DNA from: Escherichia coli
GTDB taxonomy: Bacteria > Pseudomonadota > Gammaproteobacteria > Enterobacterales > Enterobacteriaceae
Length of the DNA: 64,000 bases
NCBI RefSeq assembly: GCF_030013205.1
Contig: NZ_CP122648.1
Direction: 5' to 3' (one strand)
Shown: one piece after another, positions 22,601 through 31,373 of the stretch
Layout: the number at the start of each line of letters is the position of its first letter
How positions within the stretch are numbered: position 1 is the first letter of the stretch
Position numbers and translations under genes: made by a program
Notes under the pieces: generated by a model
Told to the model about the DNA's origin: nothing
What the model saw: only the letters and a program-made list of their open reading frames with translations
Database searches by the model: none

Positions 22601-25393
22601 TTTGGAAAGCGAGTTGCGATAGGCTCTGGATTATTTAACCTAGATGGTGAGATTATCAAAGGTGTGCATTTAATCGAGAAATCGCAGATTAGCTCAAGAT
22701 TAATGACTTTGGTTAAACGGGTCGAGCACGAGGCTAAGTTATTACCGCGTATTTCTAGCTTGTTGGAAGAACATGCATCTTGGTTAGGTGAGCAAGGTGT
22801 ATTGATGCAATCTTACCGACAGGTGCGGAATACTCTCATTGCCTTGCAGGGATGGTTTATCAATCCAGATATATCATTAGAGCAGATGACTCATTCCTCC
22901 GAGATTTTGCAAAACATAAACGATCTTCAGATATCCCTTGAAAATGACTCGTTACAGTTAGGGGCGTTTTTACAATTAACCCCATTGGCTTGCGGTGCGT
23001 ATAAAAATAATCAACTGACGTTAGACACTATTAACGACACGCTGAATTTTGCCGAGCAACTGGTTGATAAGATAAATTGCGTATCCTTGGCTACCCAGAT
23101 CAGACATTTGGCTAGTGGTAGTGATTACGATTTACTATGTCGTGATGGTGGGGAAATAGTTTCGAAATGGAATGAACAGATTAAAAATGCTGAGTTATAT
23201 GCGCTAGAAACAAAGTTAGAGCGGAGTCAGTGGCTCAAGTCGACTGATGGTTCTCTTAATACATTAATCGAGCGCAACGAAAGAGCAATACAGCAACCCC
23301 GTTGGTTGAACGGGTGGGTTAACTTTATTCGTTGTTACGAGCAGATGGATGAAAACGGATTGCAGCGAATCTGGAGTGCTGTACTTGCGGGCTCGCTCCC
23401 GATTGAAAAAGTTGAATTGGGTTTAGCATTAGCAATTCATGACCAGCTGGCGCGGGAGGTTATTCACATCCACCCTGAATTGATGAGAGTTTCCGGCTCA
23501 CAGCGCAATGCTTTGCAGAAGTCATTTAAAGATTACGACAAAAAACTGATTGAATTACAACGTCAGCGGATTGCAGCAAAAATTGCTTGCCGAAATATAC
23601 CAGAAGGGAATTCTGGTGGTAAGAAAAGCGAATATACAGAACTAGCTTTGATCAAAAATGAGTTGGGTAAAAAAACCAGACATATTCCAATTAGACAATT
23701 GGTTAACCGTGCATGTAATGCGCTGGTTGCAATTAAACCTTGTTTCATGATGGGGCCAATGTCAGCAGCTCATTACCTAGAACCTGGACGAATGGAATTT
23801 GATCTGGTGGTGATGGACGAAGCGTCTCAGGTGAAGCCAGAGGATGCATTGGGTGTCATCGCGAGGGGCAAGCAACTAGTGGTCGTTGGTGACCCGAAAC
23901 AGCTACCACCAACCAGTTTCTTTGATCGAAGTGCCGACGGAGAAGATGACGATGATGCCGCGGCTTTAAGTGATACTGACAGCATTTTGGATGCTGCTTT
24001 GCCACTGTTTCCTATGAGACGTTTGCGTTGGCACTATCGTTCACGACATGAAAAGTTGATTGCATACTCTAACCGCCATTTTTATAACAGTGATTTGGTG
24101 ATATTCCCTTCCCCAAATGCTGAGTCTCCAGAGTATGGGATTAAATTTACCTATGTGTCAAAAGGTCGGTTCTCCAATCAACACAATATTGAAGAAGCCC
24201 AAGCAGTTGCTGAGGCCGTACTTCATCATGCGCAACACCGGCCGGGTGAGTCACTCGGGGTAGTGGCCATGAGTTCCAAGCAACGCGATCAAATTGAGCG
24301 CGCTATCGATGAATTGCGCCGAAATCGCCCTGAATTTAACGATGCAATCGATGGCTTATATGCCATGGAAGAGCCACTTTTTGTGAAAAACCTTGAGAAC
24401 GTTCAAGGGGATGAGCGTGATGTAATCTTTATTTCCTTTACCTATGGACCTTCTGAGCATGGTGGAAAGGTTTATCAACGCTTTGGACCTATCAATTCCG
24501 ATGTTGGCTGGCGTCGCTTGAATGTGCTTTTCACTCGATCAAAAAAACGGATGCATGTGTTTAGTTCAATGCGTTCTGAAGATGTATTGACGAGTGAAAC
24601 CAGTAAACTTGGTGTTATTTCGTTGAAAGGTTTTTTACAGTTTGCCGAAAGTGGCAAACTAGATTCCCTCACAACGCATACCGGCAGGGCTCCAGATAGT
24701 GACTTTGAGGTTGCTGTAATGGAAGCACTCAATCACGCTGGGTTTGAGTGTGAACCTCAGGTAGGGGTTGCAGGATTCTTTATTGATCTAGCTGTGAAAG
24801 ATCCAGGTTGTCCTGGCCGTTACTTAATGGGCATAGAGTGTGATGGTGCGGCTTATCACTCAGCTAAATCTGCTCGTGATCGTGACCGTTTGCGTCAAGA
24901 GGTTCTGGAGCGTTTGGGTTGGAGAATTAGCCGCATTTGGTCCACTGATTGGTTCAGTAATCCTGATGAGGTTCTATCTCCGATTATCCGTAAACTCCAT
25001 GAGCTTAAAACATTGGCTCCAGACGTTGTTGTACCTTCCTATGAATATGTAGAAACGATTGAGTCAAGCGCTGAAGTGGCGTCTGACTCAATTGATTCTC
25101 TTATGCCCAATTTGGGGCTTAAGGAGCAACTTAAGTATTTTGCCACACATGTCATTGAGGTTGAGCTTCCTAATGTTGATGCTGATCGTCGTTTGTTGCG
25201 GCCCGCAATGCTTGAGGCTTTGCTGGAACATCAGCCTTTATCACGTTCCGAGTTTGTTGAACGAATACCTCATTATCTGCGGCAAGCAACAGATGTATAC
25301 GAAGCGCAACGCTTTCTTGACCGAGTCTTGGCATTAATTGATGGCGCAGAGGCTGAAGCGAATGATGCAGCGTTTGAGTCTGAATTGGCATAA
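19646..25393 (+). CDS. Large (1915-aa) DUF4011 / SF1 Upf1-like helicase / Vsr-like (PD-(D/E)xK) endonuclease / DUF3320-type protein; architecture matches the single-gene Hhe-type defence family
   Basis: N-terminal LLDLTSRNRLLNF; Walker A GPPGSGKSQT; Walker B VVMDEASQ; motif III VVGDPKQLPPT; motif VI NVLFTRSKKR; C-terminal GIECDGAAYHSAKSARDRDRLRQEVLERLGWRISRIWSTDW. Start may be ATG 19658 (better-spaced GGAG). Confidence 0.8.
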   Translation: MENIMSTVDTSIAEELNQGGSDFILTSLEAMRKKLLDLTSRNRLLNFPITQKGSSLRIVDELPEQLYETLCSEIPMEFAPVPDPTRAQLLEHGYLKVGPDGKDIQLRAHPSAKDWAHVLGIRTDFDLPDSHKTVVSDSDRELLEKAHQFILQYAQGQNGKLTGIRSEYVNQGIALSALKEACCLAGYEGLEDFERQAKAGNEISISSSNPSHDDNRIQALLYPNELEACLRAIYGKAQTALEESGANILYLALGFLEWYESDSSEKARYAPLFTIPVRCERGKLDPKDGLYKFQLYYTGEDILPNLSLKEKLQADFGLALPLFNEEETPESYFASVKKVVEQHKPKWSVKRYGALSLLNFGKMMMYLDLDPARWPCDKRNILSHEVIRRFFTSQSCGQENSGLPGGFGQHEYCIDSYPDIHDKVPLIDDADSSQHSALIDAIRGQNLVIEGPPGSGKSQTITNLIAAALLNGKKVLFVAEKMAALEVVKRRLDRAGLGQFCLELHSHKTHKRKVLDDINARLVSQATMPTMEEIDAQILRYEDLKQQLNEYAALINNQWAQTGKTIHQILSGATRYRHKLDIDATALHIENLSGKQLDKVTQLRLRDQIVEFSRIYKEVREQVGANAEIYEHPWSGVNNTQIQLFDSARIVDLLQTWQTSIIDFQHSYQEYVDKWALEGESLNTLQYIEQLVEDQSNLPVLCGSEHFPALSELDSPDAIARVRHYLDRFELLQGHYVALSQVIEPQKLRLLEQGQSCDFPREELEKYGAAEDFTLRDLVRWLESIQSIHDELSSIYAQLNDFKNALPDGIASYIDDSQAGLLFCSELLSILGALPTELIRVRDPLFDDDDIDAVLRDLMCQIETLRPLRDGLSTLYQLDQLPSQEMLAHAVAVIQQGGLFAWFKSDWRSAKALLMAQSRKPDTKFAELKRCSADLLKYSELLQRFEQSDFGNQLGNAFRGLDTDCEQLMLLRDWYKKVRACYGIGFGKRVAIGSGLFNLDGEIIKGVHLIEKSQISSRLMTLVKRVEHEAKLLPRISSLLEEHASWLGEQGVLMQSYRQVRNTLIALQGWFINPDISLEQMTHSSEILQNINDLQISLENDSLQLGAFLQLTPLACGAYKNNQLTLDTINDTLNFAEQLVDKINCVSLATQIRHLASGSDYDLLCRDGGEIVSKWNEQIKNAELYALETKLERSQWLKSTDGSLNTLIERNERAIQQPRWLNGWVNFIRCYEQMDENGLQRIWSAVLAGSLPIEKVELGLALAIHDQLAREVIHIHPELMRVSGSQRNALQKSFKDYDKKLIELQRQRIAAKIACRNIPEGNSGGKKSEYTELALIKNELGKKTRHIPIRQLVNRACNALVAIKPCFMMGPMSAAHYLEPGRMEFDLVVMDEASQVKPEDALGVIARGKQLVVVGDPKQLPPTSFFDRSADGEDDDDAAALSDTDSILDAALPLFPMRRLRWHYRSRHEKLIAYSNRHFYNSDLVIFPSPNAESPEYGIKFTYVSKGRFSNQHNIEEAQAVAEAVLHHAQHRPGESLGVVAMSSKQRDQIERAIDELRRNRPEFNDAIDGLYAMEEPLFVKNLENVQGDERDVIFISFTYGPSEHGGKVYQRFGPINSDVGWRRLNVLFTRSKKRMHVFSSMRSEDVLTSETSKLGVISLKGFLQFAESGKLDSLTTHTGRAPDSDFEVAVMEALNHAGFECEPQVGVAGFFIDLAVKDPGCPGRYLMGIECDGAAYHSAKSARDRDRLRQEVLERLGWRISRIWSTDWFSNPDEVLSPIIRKLHELKTLAPDVVVPSYEYVETIESSAEVASDSIDSLMPNLGLKEQLKYFATHVIEVELPNVDADRRLLRPAMLEALLEHQPLSRSEFVERIPHYLRQATDVYEAQRFLDRVLALIDGAEAEANDAAFESELA

Positions 25394-25415
25394 TTAGTTA
25401 AAGGTAATAAGAACA

Positions 25416-25586
25416 GTGACAACTGTCGGACAACGTGAACGCGCAACTCAACAGCGCGTAATCAGGTTTTTTATTGAGGAATTGGGCTATCGTTATCTAG
25501 GCGATTGGCACAAGCGTCCTAACAACCGTAATGTTGAGCCTGATTTGCTCAGTCATTGGTTGATTGACCGTGGTGTTGTGGACTGA
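25416..25586 (+). pseudogene. N-terminal stub (56 codons) resembling a restriction R-subunit-type N-terminus, truncated by IS3-family insertion
   Basis: GTG-initiated ORF VTTVGQRERATQQRVIRFFIEELGYRYLGDW... ends in the TGA formed by the first bases of the IS at 25584. Confidence 0.45.
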
Positions 25587-25613
25587 CCCCACGCCCGTAG
25601 ACAAATTCTGTCC

Positions 25614-26062
25614 TCACGACGAGGCCTGTTCGAAGGCCTCCGGACTGACGCCGCCGAGGTGACTGTGGCGCCGGGCCCGGTTGTAGAACACTTCAATGTA
25701 ATCGAAGATATCCGCCCGGGCTAGATCCCGGGTTTTGTATATTCTCTTCCTGATGCGCTCTTTTTTCAGTGAACTGAAGAACGATTCGGCCACCGCATTA
25801 TCCCAGCAGTTGCCACGCCGGCTCATGCTCGGGACCAGGTTATTAGCCCGGCAGAAGTGCTGCCAGTCGTCACTGCCGTACTGGCTTCCCTGGTCTGAGT
25901 GCACGATGACCTCGCCGTCGGGTTTACGTCGCCAGACCGCCATCATCAGTGCATCCAGCGCCAGTTCGCGTGAGAGAGTGGGCTTCATCGACCAGCCCAC
26001 CACGTTACGGGCGAAGAGATCGATAACCACCGCCAGATACAGCCAGCCCTGCCAGGTGCGGA
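25614..26062 (-). pseudogene. IS3-family transposase OrfB, 3' exon (DDE domain C-terminal part) downstream of intron
   Basis: ...RTWQGWLYLAVVIDLFARNVVGWSMKP...HSDQGSQYGS...GNCWDNAVAESFF...; joins in frame with DVTYI on the other side of the intron. Confidence 0.8.
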
Positions 26063-26113
26063 GTAGAGTAAGAGGCAGGGCGTAGTCGGACTATTTCCCT
26101 GCCTCTCCTCCCC

Positions 26114-26147
26114 GAACCGGACGTGCACCTTTCAGCGCATCCGGCTC
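26114..26147 (-). ncRNA. Group II intron domain V (catalytic hairpin)
   Basis: Minus strand reads GAGCCGGAUGCGCUGAAAGGUGCACGUCCGGUUC, matching the domain V consensus pattern (GAGC...GAAA...GUUC). Confidence 0.8.
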
Positions 26148-26152
26148 TCCAT

Positions 26153-27676
26153 TTAAATGCTGGCGAACGCCATTGCCACTTCTGTAAAGCGCGATGTATA
26201 CGTGTTTCTGGTCTCCGTCCTCAGATAGGGATTACCTTCGGGTAGCCGCCAGCGGAACAGCTTCTTGCCTTGCCCCACCAACCGGTACAGTATTTCGCCG
26301 CTGAGCTTGCCGTGATTGGTTTTACCAAATAAAACCCACGTTTTGCTCTGACCCGGTTTCGGTGATTTACACCACCACCTCATCAGGGAAGCGATACCTG
26401 TACGGTATTTGTGGGCCAGCCAGTGAGCCAGCTTCCAGAACACGACACGGTCGATATAACTGAAGACTTTGGCCTTAAAATCAACGAACTGATAGAACAT
26501 GGCCCAGCCTTTCAGTTTTCGGTTGAGTTGTTCAGCCATATCGACTTTGCTTTCACTGTAGTTGCCTGATAACAGTGCTGTCAGCGATGCGGCGAAGTTT
26601 CTGGCTTTCTCCTGCGGGATCGTTGAGACCACTCGCATCTCGCCATAACGACTGCGTTTGCGAATGATCCTGTGCCCCAGAAAGATAAAGCCGTCATTAA
26701 CATGGGTGATTTTAGTCTTATCCATGTTCAGCCTGAGTTTCAGACTGCCTTTGAGCACACCCCGACACTCCTCCCTGATGGCTTCCGCCTGTGCTTTGGT
26801 GCCTTTGACGATGAGGACAAAATCATCGGCATAGCGGCAGTACGCCACCGCGGGTTTCCACTGCCAGTTTTCTCTGACCGCCGTACTTCGGCCCCGTTGG
26901 ATACTGTTATTCCAGTACCACCGATCTTTTCTGGCTTTCCCGCTCAGGTAGCGCTCATGCAGGTATTGATCGAACTCATTCAGCATGATGTTCGATAATA
27001 GCGGCGATATAACACCGCCCTGTGGCACACCTTCACTGGCCGCCCGAAAGAGACCGACATCGATATGTCCCGCCTTGATGGTTTTCCACAGCAGAGTCAT
27101 GAAACGTGCGTCACTGATCCTGCGGCGTACAGCCTTCATCAGCAGTCGATGATGTACGGTGTCGAAGTAACTGGACAGGTCGCCTTCAATCACCCAGCGT
27201 CCCCGGGTTTCACCACAGTCTGTGAGCTGTAATTTCACCGTGCGGATCGCGTGGTGGACACTGCGCTCAGGCCGGAAGCCATATGAGAGCGTATGAAAAT
27301 CACTCTCCCATATCGGCTCCATCGCCATCAGCATGGCCCGCTGAACAATACGATCCCGCAACGCGGGGATACCCAGTGGTCGCAGTTTGCCGTTGCTTTT
27401 AGGGATGTAAACCCGTCTGGCGGGCAAGGGCTGGTAGTGGCCTGAGAGTAATTCATCCCTGAGGATTTGCAGCTCAACAGCCAGTCTGGCCTGTAGCATT
27501 GTTTTGTTCACGCCATCAACGCCGGGGGTATGGGCCCCCTTTGATGAAAGCGTGATCCGCGCCGCTTCAGCCAGCCATTCTGGTTGTGTTATCAGACGCA
27601 GCAGCCGTTGAATCCGTAGGGACGGATCGGTGGCTGCCCATGTGGCAAGCTTGCGTTGCATTTCGCTGATTATCAA
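26153..27676 (-). CDS. Group II intron-encoded reverse transcriptase/maturase
   Basis: 507-aa ORF with RT motifs incl. YADDFV; no HNH-type endonuclease cysteine motifs seen at C-terminus. Confidence 0.85.
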   Translation of the reverse strand: MIISEMQRKLATWAATDPSLRIQRLLRLITQPEWLAEAARITLSSKGAHTPGVDGVNKTMLQARLAVELQILRDELLSGHYQPLPARRVYIPKSNGKLRPLGIPALRDRIVQRAMLMAMEPIWESDFHTLSYGFRPERSVHHAIRTVKLQLTDCGETRGRWVIEGDLSSYFDTVHHRLLMKAVRRRISDARFMTLLWKTIKAGHIDVGLFRAASEGVPQGGVISPLLSNIMLNEFDQYLHERYLSGKARKDRWYWNNSIQRGRSTAVRENWQWKPAVAYCRYADDFVLIVKGTKAQAEAIREECRGVLKGSLKLRLNMDKTKITHVNDGFIFLGHRIIRKRSRYGEMRVVSTIPQEKARNFAASLTALLSGNYSESKVDMAEQLNRKLKGWAMFYQFVDFKAKVFSYIDRVVFWKLAHWLAHKYRTGIASLMRWWCKSPKPGQSKTWVLFGKTNHGKLSGEILYRLVGQGKKLFRWRLPEGNPYLRTETRNTYTSRFTEVAMAFASI

Positions 27677-28332
27677 AGGTCTTCACCTCGTTAGGTCAGT
27701 TAATTCACGTCGTAAACACATTCAAACTGCTTCCCTTCGCCATGTAATGGGCTTTCCCCATCGCGGACTACTACGGAAGCTCCGCCAGCCAGCGCGTCAT
27801 CGGAGCCATGCCCCCTTAACATCCGTCGCTGACCTTCCCCGGTTTACCTGCCTGGACTCAGGCATACTGAGGAGGCTGCCCGTCGCACTCTTTATCCTTG
27901 CTTGCCGCAAGTTGGCAGAAGTCAGCAACGCAAGCGTGATAGACGCTGCTGCCCCGGTGTTTCGCATACATGTCAAAACACCTTCGACCGGCAGTGCTTA
28001 CGTATCACTGCCAGTTCCTCCTGCACGGCCTGTCAGATCACGTAGGCCGTGGTGACGTTTTCAACCCACAGAGGCGGATTAACGGGTTCATGTTCTTCAG
28101 CCTTTCAGTACTTAACCTTGAGGATCATCTCGGCTTAGTGATCTCGCCTCAATCCCCGTTGTCAGCGGGTTACATCACCTTGCGGGCATGCCGCAGGTCA
28201 CTGCCGCTCAGGTTCTCCACCGTCACACCCGGTGGGATTGTTGGGTTTCTCATCGTGAGTTACCGGTTCAATATTCCAGACAGATTCGCGGTTCATTTAA
28301 GCATCCATGCCCGCCCTGAACTCCGGGCACAC

Positions 28333-28761
28333 TATAGGTCACATCACCGCACCACACCTGATTTGGCTCGGTCACGGCGAACTGCCGTTCAAGGTAGTTA
28401 GGGATAGCAACGTGCTCATGACCGCCACGCTTATACCGGTGAGTCGGCTGCTGGCAACTGACCAGTCCCAGCTCTTTCATGAGTCTGCCAGCAAGCCAGC
28501 GCCCCATCTGGTAGCCTCTCCGGGTTGCCATTGTGGCGATGCTTCTTGCTCCGGCAGAGCCGTGGCTGATGCCATGCAGTTCAAGTACCTGGCTGCGTAA
28601 TACAGCCCGTCTGCCGTCTGGCTTTTCAGGACGGTTTTTCCAGTATTTGTAGCTGCTGCGATGGACCCCGAACACATGGCAGAGAGTGGCCACAGGATAA
28701 CGCGCCCTGAGTTTCCCGATTATCGAGAACTGTTCAGGGAGTCTGACATCAAGAGCGCGGT
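28333..28761 (-). pseudogene. IS3-family transposase OrfB, 5' part (between IS30 and intron)
   Basis: ...[44 protein letters not shown]...[11 protein letters not shown] then intron 5' end. Confidence 0.7.
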
Positions 28762-29982
28762 TGTAGATTCAATTGGTCAACGCAACAGTTATGTGAAAAC
28801 ATGGGGTTGCGGAGTTTTTTTGAATGAGACGAACATTTACAGCAGAGGAAAAAGCCTCTGTTTTTGAACTATGGAAGAACGGAACAGGCTTCAGTGAAAT
28901 AGCGAATATCCTGGGTTCAAAACCCGGAACGATCTTCACTATGTTAAGGGATACTGGCGGCATAAAACCCCATGAGCGTAAGCGGGCTGTAGCTCACCTG
29001 ACACTGTCTGAGCGCGAGGAGATACGAGCTGGTTTGTCAGCCAAAATGAGCATTCGTGCGATAGCTACTGCGCTGAATCGCAGTCCTTCGACGATCTCAC
29101 GTGAAGTTCAGCGTAATCGGGGCAGACGCTATTACAAAGCTGTTGATGCTAATAACCGAGCCAACAGAATGGCGAAAAGGCCAAAACCGTGCTTACTGGA
29201 TCAAAATTTGCCATTGCGAAAGCTTGTTCTGGAAAAGCTGGAGATGAAATGGTCTCCAGAGCAAATATCAGGATGGTTAAGGCGAACAAAACCACGTCAA
29301 AAAACGCTGCGAATATCACCTGAGACAATTTATAAAACGCTGTACTTTCGTAGCCGTGAAGCGCTACACCACCTGAATATACAGCATCTGCGACGGTCGC
29401 ATAGCCTTCGCCATGGCAGGCGTCATACCCGCAAAGGCGAAAGAGGTACGATTAACATAGTGAACGGAACACCAATTCACGAACGCTCCCGAAATATCGA
29501 TAACAGACGCTCTCTGGGGCATTGGGAGGGCGATTTAGTCTCAGGTACAAAAAACTCTCATATAGCCACACTTGTAGACCGAAAATCACGTTATACGATC
29601 ATCCTTAGACTCAGGGGCAAAGATTCTGTCTCAGTAAATCAGGCTCTTACCGACAAATTCCTGAGTTTACCGTCAGAACTCAGAAAATCACTGACATGGG
29701 ACAGAGGAATGGAACTGGCCAGACATCTAGAATTTACTGTCAGCACCGGCGTTAAAGTTTACTTCTGCGATCCTCAGAGTCCTTGGCAGCGGGGAACAAA
29801 TGAGAACACAAATGGGCTAATTCGGCAGTACTTTCCTAAAAAGACATGTCTTGCCCAATATACTCAACATGAACTAGATCTGGTTGCTGCTCAGCTAAAC
29901 AACAGACCGAGAAAGACACTGAAGTTCAAAACACCGAAAGAGATAATTGAAAGGGGTGTTGCATTGACAGATTGAATCTACA
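28762..29982 (+). mobile_element. IS30 insertion sequence (1221 bp) nested in the IS3-family element
   Basis: Terminal IRs TGTAGATTCAATTGGTCAACGCAA ... TTGCATTGACAGATTGAATCTACA; length as expected for IS30. Confidence 0.9.
28824..29975 (+). CDS. insI: IS30 transposase
   Basis: 383-aa ORF MRRTFTAEEKASVFELWKNGTGFSEIANILGSKPGTIF... Confidence 0.9.
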   Translation: MRRTFTAEEKASVFELWKNGTGFSEIANILGSKPGTIFTMLRDTGGIKPHERKRAVAHLTLSEREEIRAGLSAKMSIRAIATALNRSPSTISREVQRNRGRRYYKAVDANNRANRMAKRPKPCLLDQNLPLRKLVLEKLEMKWSPEQISGWLRRTKPRQKTLRISPETIYKTLYFRSREALHHLNIQHLRRSHSLRHGRRHTRKGERGTINIVNGTPIHERSRNIDNRRSLGHWEGDLVSGTKNSHIATLVDRKSRYTIILRLRGKDSVSVNQALTDKFLSLPSELRKSLTWDRGMELARHLEFTVSTGVKVYFCDPQSPWQRGTNENTNGLIRQYFPKKTCLAQYTQHELDLVAAQLNNRPRKTLKFKTPKEIIERGVALTD

Positions 29983-30239
29983 GCGGCTTTTTTTAATATG
30001 TCCCGTTCGTCGGTAACCCGTTTCAGCTCTTTCTGGAGACGGCGGATCTCGGCCTGAGCATCTGACTGTTCTTTATTAGTGGAAGAATCCGGACCGTACT
30101 TCTTTATCCAGGCATAAAGGCTGTGGGTGGTGATATCGAGACGTGTTGCAACGCTGGCAACAGAATAACCACGATCAACAACCTGTTTGACTGCTTCAGT
30201 TTTAAACTCTTCGGGATAACGCTTACCGCTCATGGGCAC
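29983..30239 (-). pseudogene. IS3-family OrfA (HTH transposase N-terminal protein), 3' end disrupted by IS30
   Basis: MSGKRYPEEFKTEAVKQVVDRGYSVASVATRLDITTHSLYAWIKKY...; ORF then runs into the IS30 terminus. Confidence 0.75.
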
Positions 30240-30927
30240 CTCTCTTTAAGCCATCTTAAATGACTCTGAGGTGTCTGTTAAACCCGTGGCGATTCACGTA
30301 TCGCATTGGGCAAACTAAAGATGTGTATGTCTATTACCCAACTGTGAGAGATACTGAAATTACAACATTTGAAGAAACTCTGGATAACCTCCTACAACGC
30401 CGACGAGCATTGGCCAGAGATATGCTCTGCGCTACTCCCGATTTGAACTGTGCGGATTTTGAGACCATTTTGAAGGGAGCCTAACCGATATGAGCGGCAA
30501 TACTGCCAGTTGCCAAACCTGAAATAACACTTAGCTGTGATGATTCGCTATTACCTACCGATAGCTTCGGAAAACATAAATTAAAAATGCCCAGGGGAGT
30601 ACTATTATCGTTAGCATTACCCGAACGCCGTATTAACGGTTATTTATTGGTAAGTGCTACGTTCCATGGCAAGAGTTCATCAACACGGTTAGCCGACAGT
30701 ATATTGAGTATATGGCGCAGATATGCTTGCGGATTGATACCATTCAGACAGCAGGTCCCGCTCAGCCCGTACAGTAGAGCGCCGTTCACTACCGTAATCA
30801 CTGCCGAAAAACACATTGATTGCCCCTCAATAATCCTGCCGTCAACGTCAAAATTGCTGGTCGGGCTCGACTTATTTAATTGTGTAAACAGGGCCTCTCA
30901 GCGAAGGCCCTTATGCATCACCTGATG

Positions 30928-31359
30928 TTAAAAGTCACTACATCCAAGATGACGTTCAATGGCACCATGCGATTCAATGTAAGCCTGGGCCGTCTGTTCC
31001 AGTACACCAGGCTCAGCGTTGTATGTGTTAGCTGCATCAAATACCAACGACAACACTTCGGGATACACAACCAGATGTGTAACGGAGTTATCTTCATCCA
31101 ATACTTTTCCCCACGCCTGCTCAATTAGATTTCTGAGAACCACCACCTCACGACTCTTACACCAGACATCGTTATTAAGTAGCAGCACCATAAGATAAGG
31201 AGTGGCATCGTTAGCCACAGCTTCCCTACTCCAGAGGTAATATAAAGGGGTGGGCTCGACTGATTTATCTTTACGTCGCTTACACTGCAAATGTTCAGAA
31301 ATTAGTCTATGCAGTTCACCAGTAAAATCAACCATCAGAGAAGGAATTGCCTTATTCAT
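30928..31359 (-). CDS. Hypothetical protein (143 aa), unknown function
   Basis: Uninterrupted ORF only; IS1 remnant inserted ~6 bp upstream of its start codon. Confidence 0.35.
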   Translation of the reverse strand: MNKAIPSLMVDFTGELHRLISEHLQCKRRKDKSVEPTPLYYLWSREAVANDATPYLMVLLLNNDVWCKSREVVVLRNLIEQAWGKVLDEDNSVTHLVVYPEVLSLVFDAANTYNAEPGVLEQTAQAYIESHGAIERHLGCSDF

Positions 31360-31373
31360 ACCAGGGCAATGTA

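Larger units (their letters stand above)
26063..28332 (-). mobile_element. Bacterial group II intron (~2270 nt) inserted in IS3-family orfB
   Basis: 5' end GUGUGCC at 28332 (minus strand), 3' end ...AC at 26063; domain V present; removing the intron restores the orfB frame (DVTY-I-RTWQGW). Confidence 0.8.
25584..30296 (-). mobile_element. IS3-family insertion sequence (~1.22 kb of IS sequence) carrying a nested group II intron and a nested IS30
   Basis: TG...CA termini; orfA (30239 downward) and orfB fragments; 4713 bp span minus 2270-bp intron minus 1221-bp IS30 leaves ~1222 bp; flanking 3-mers GAC/CGT not identical. Confidence 0.75.
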
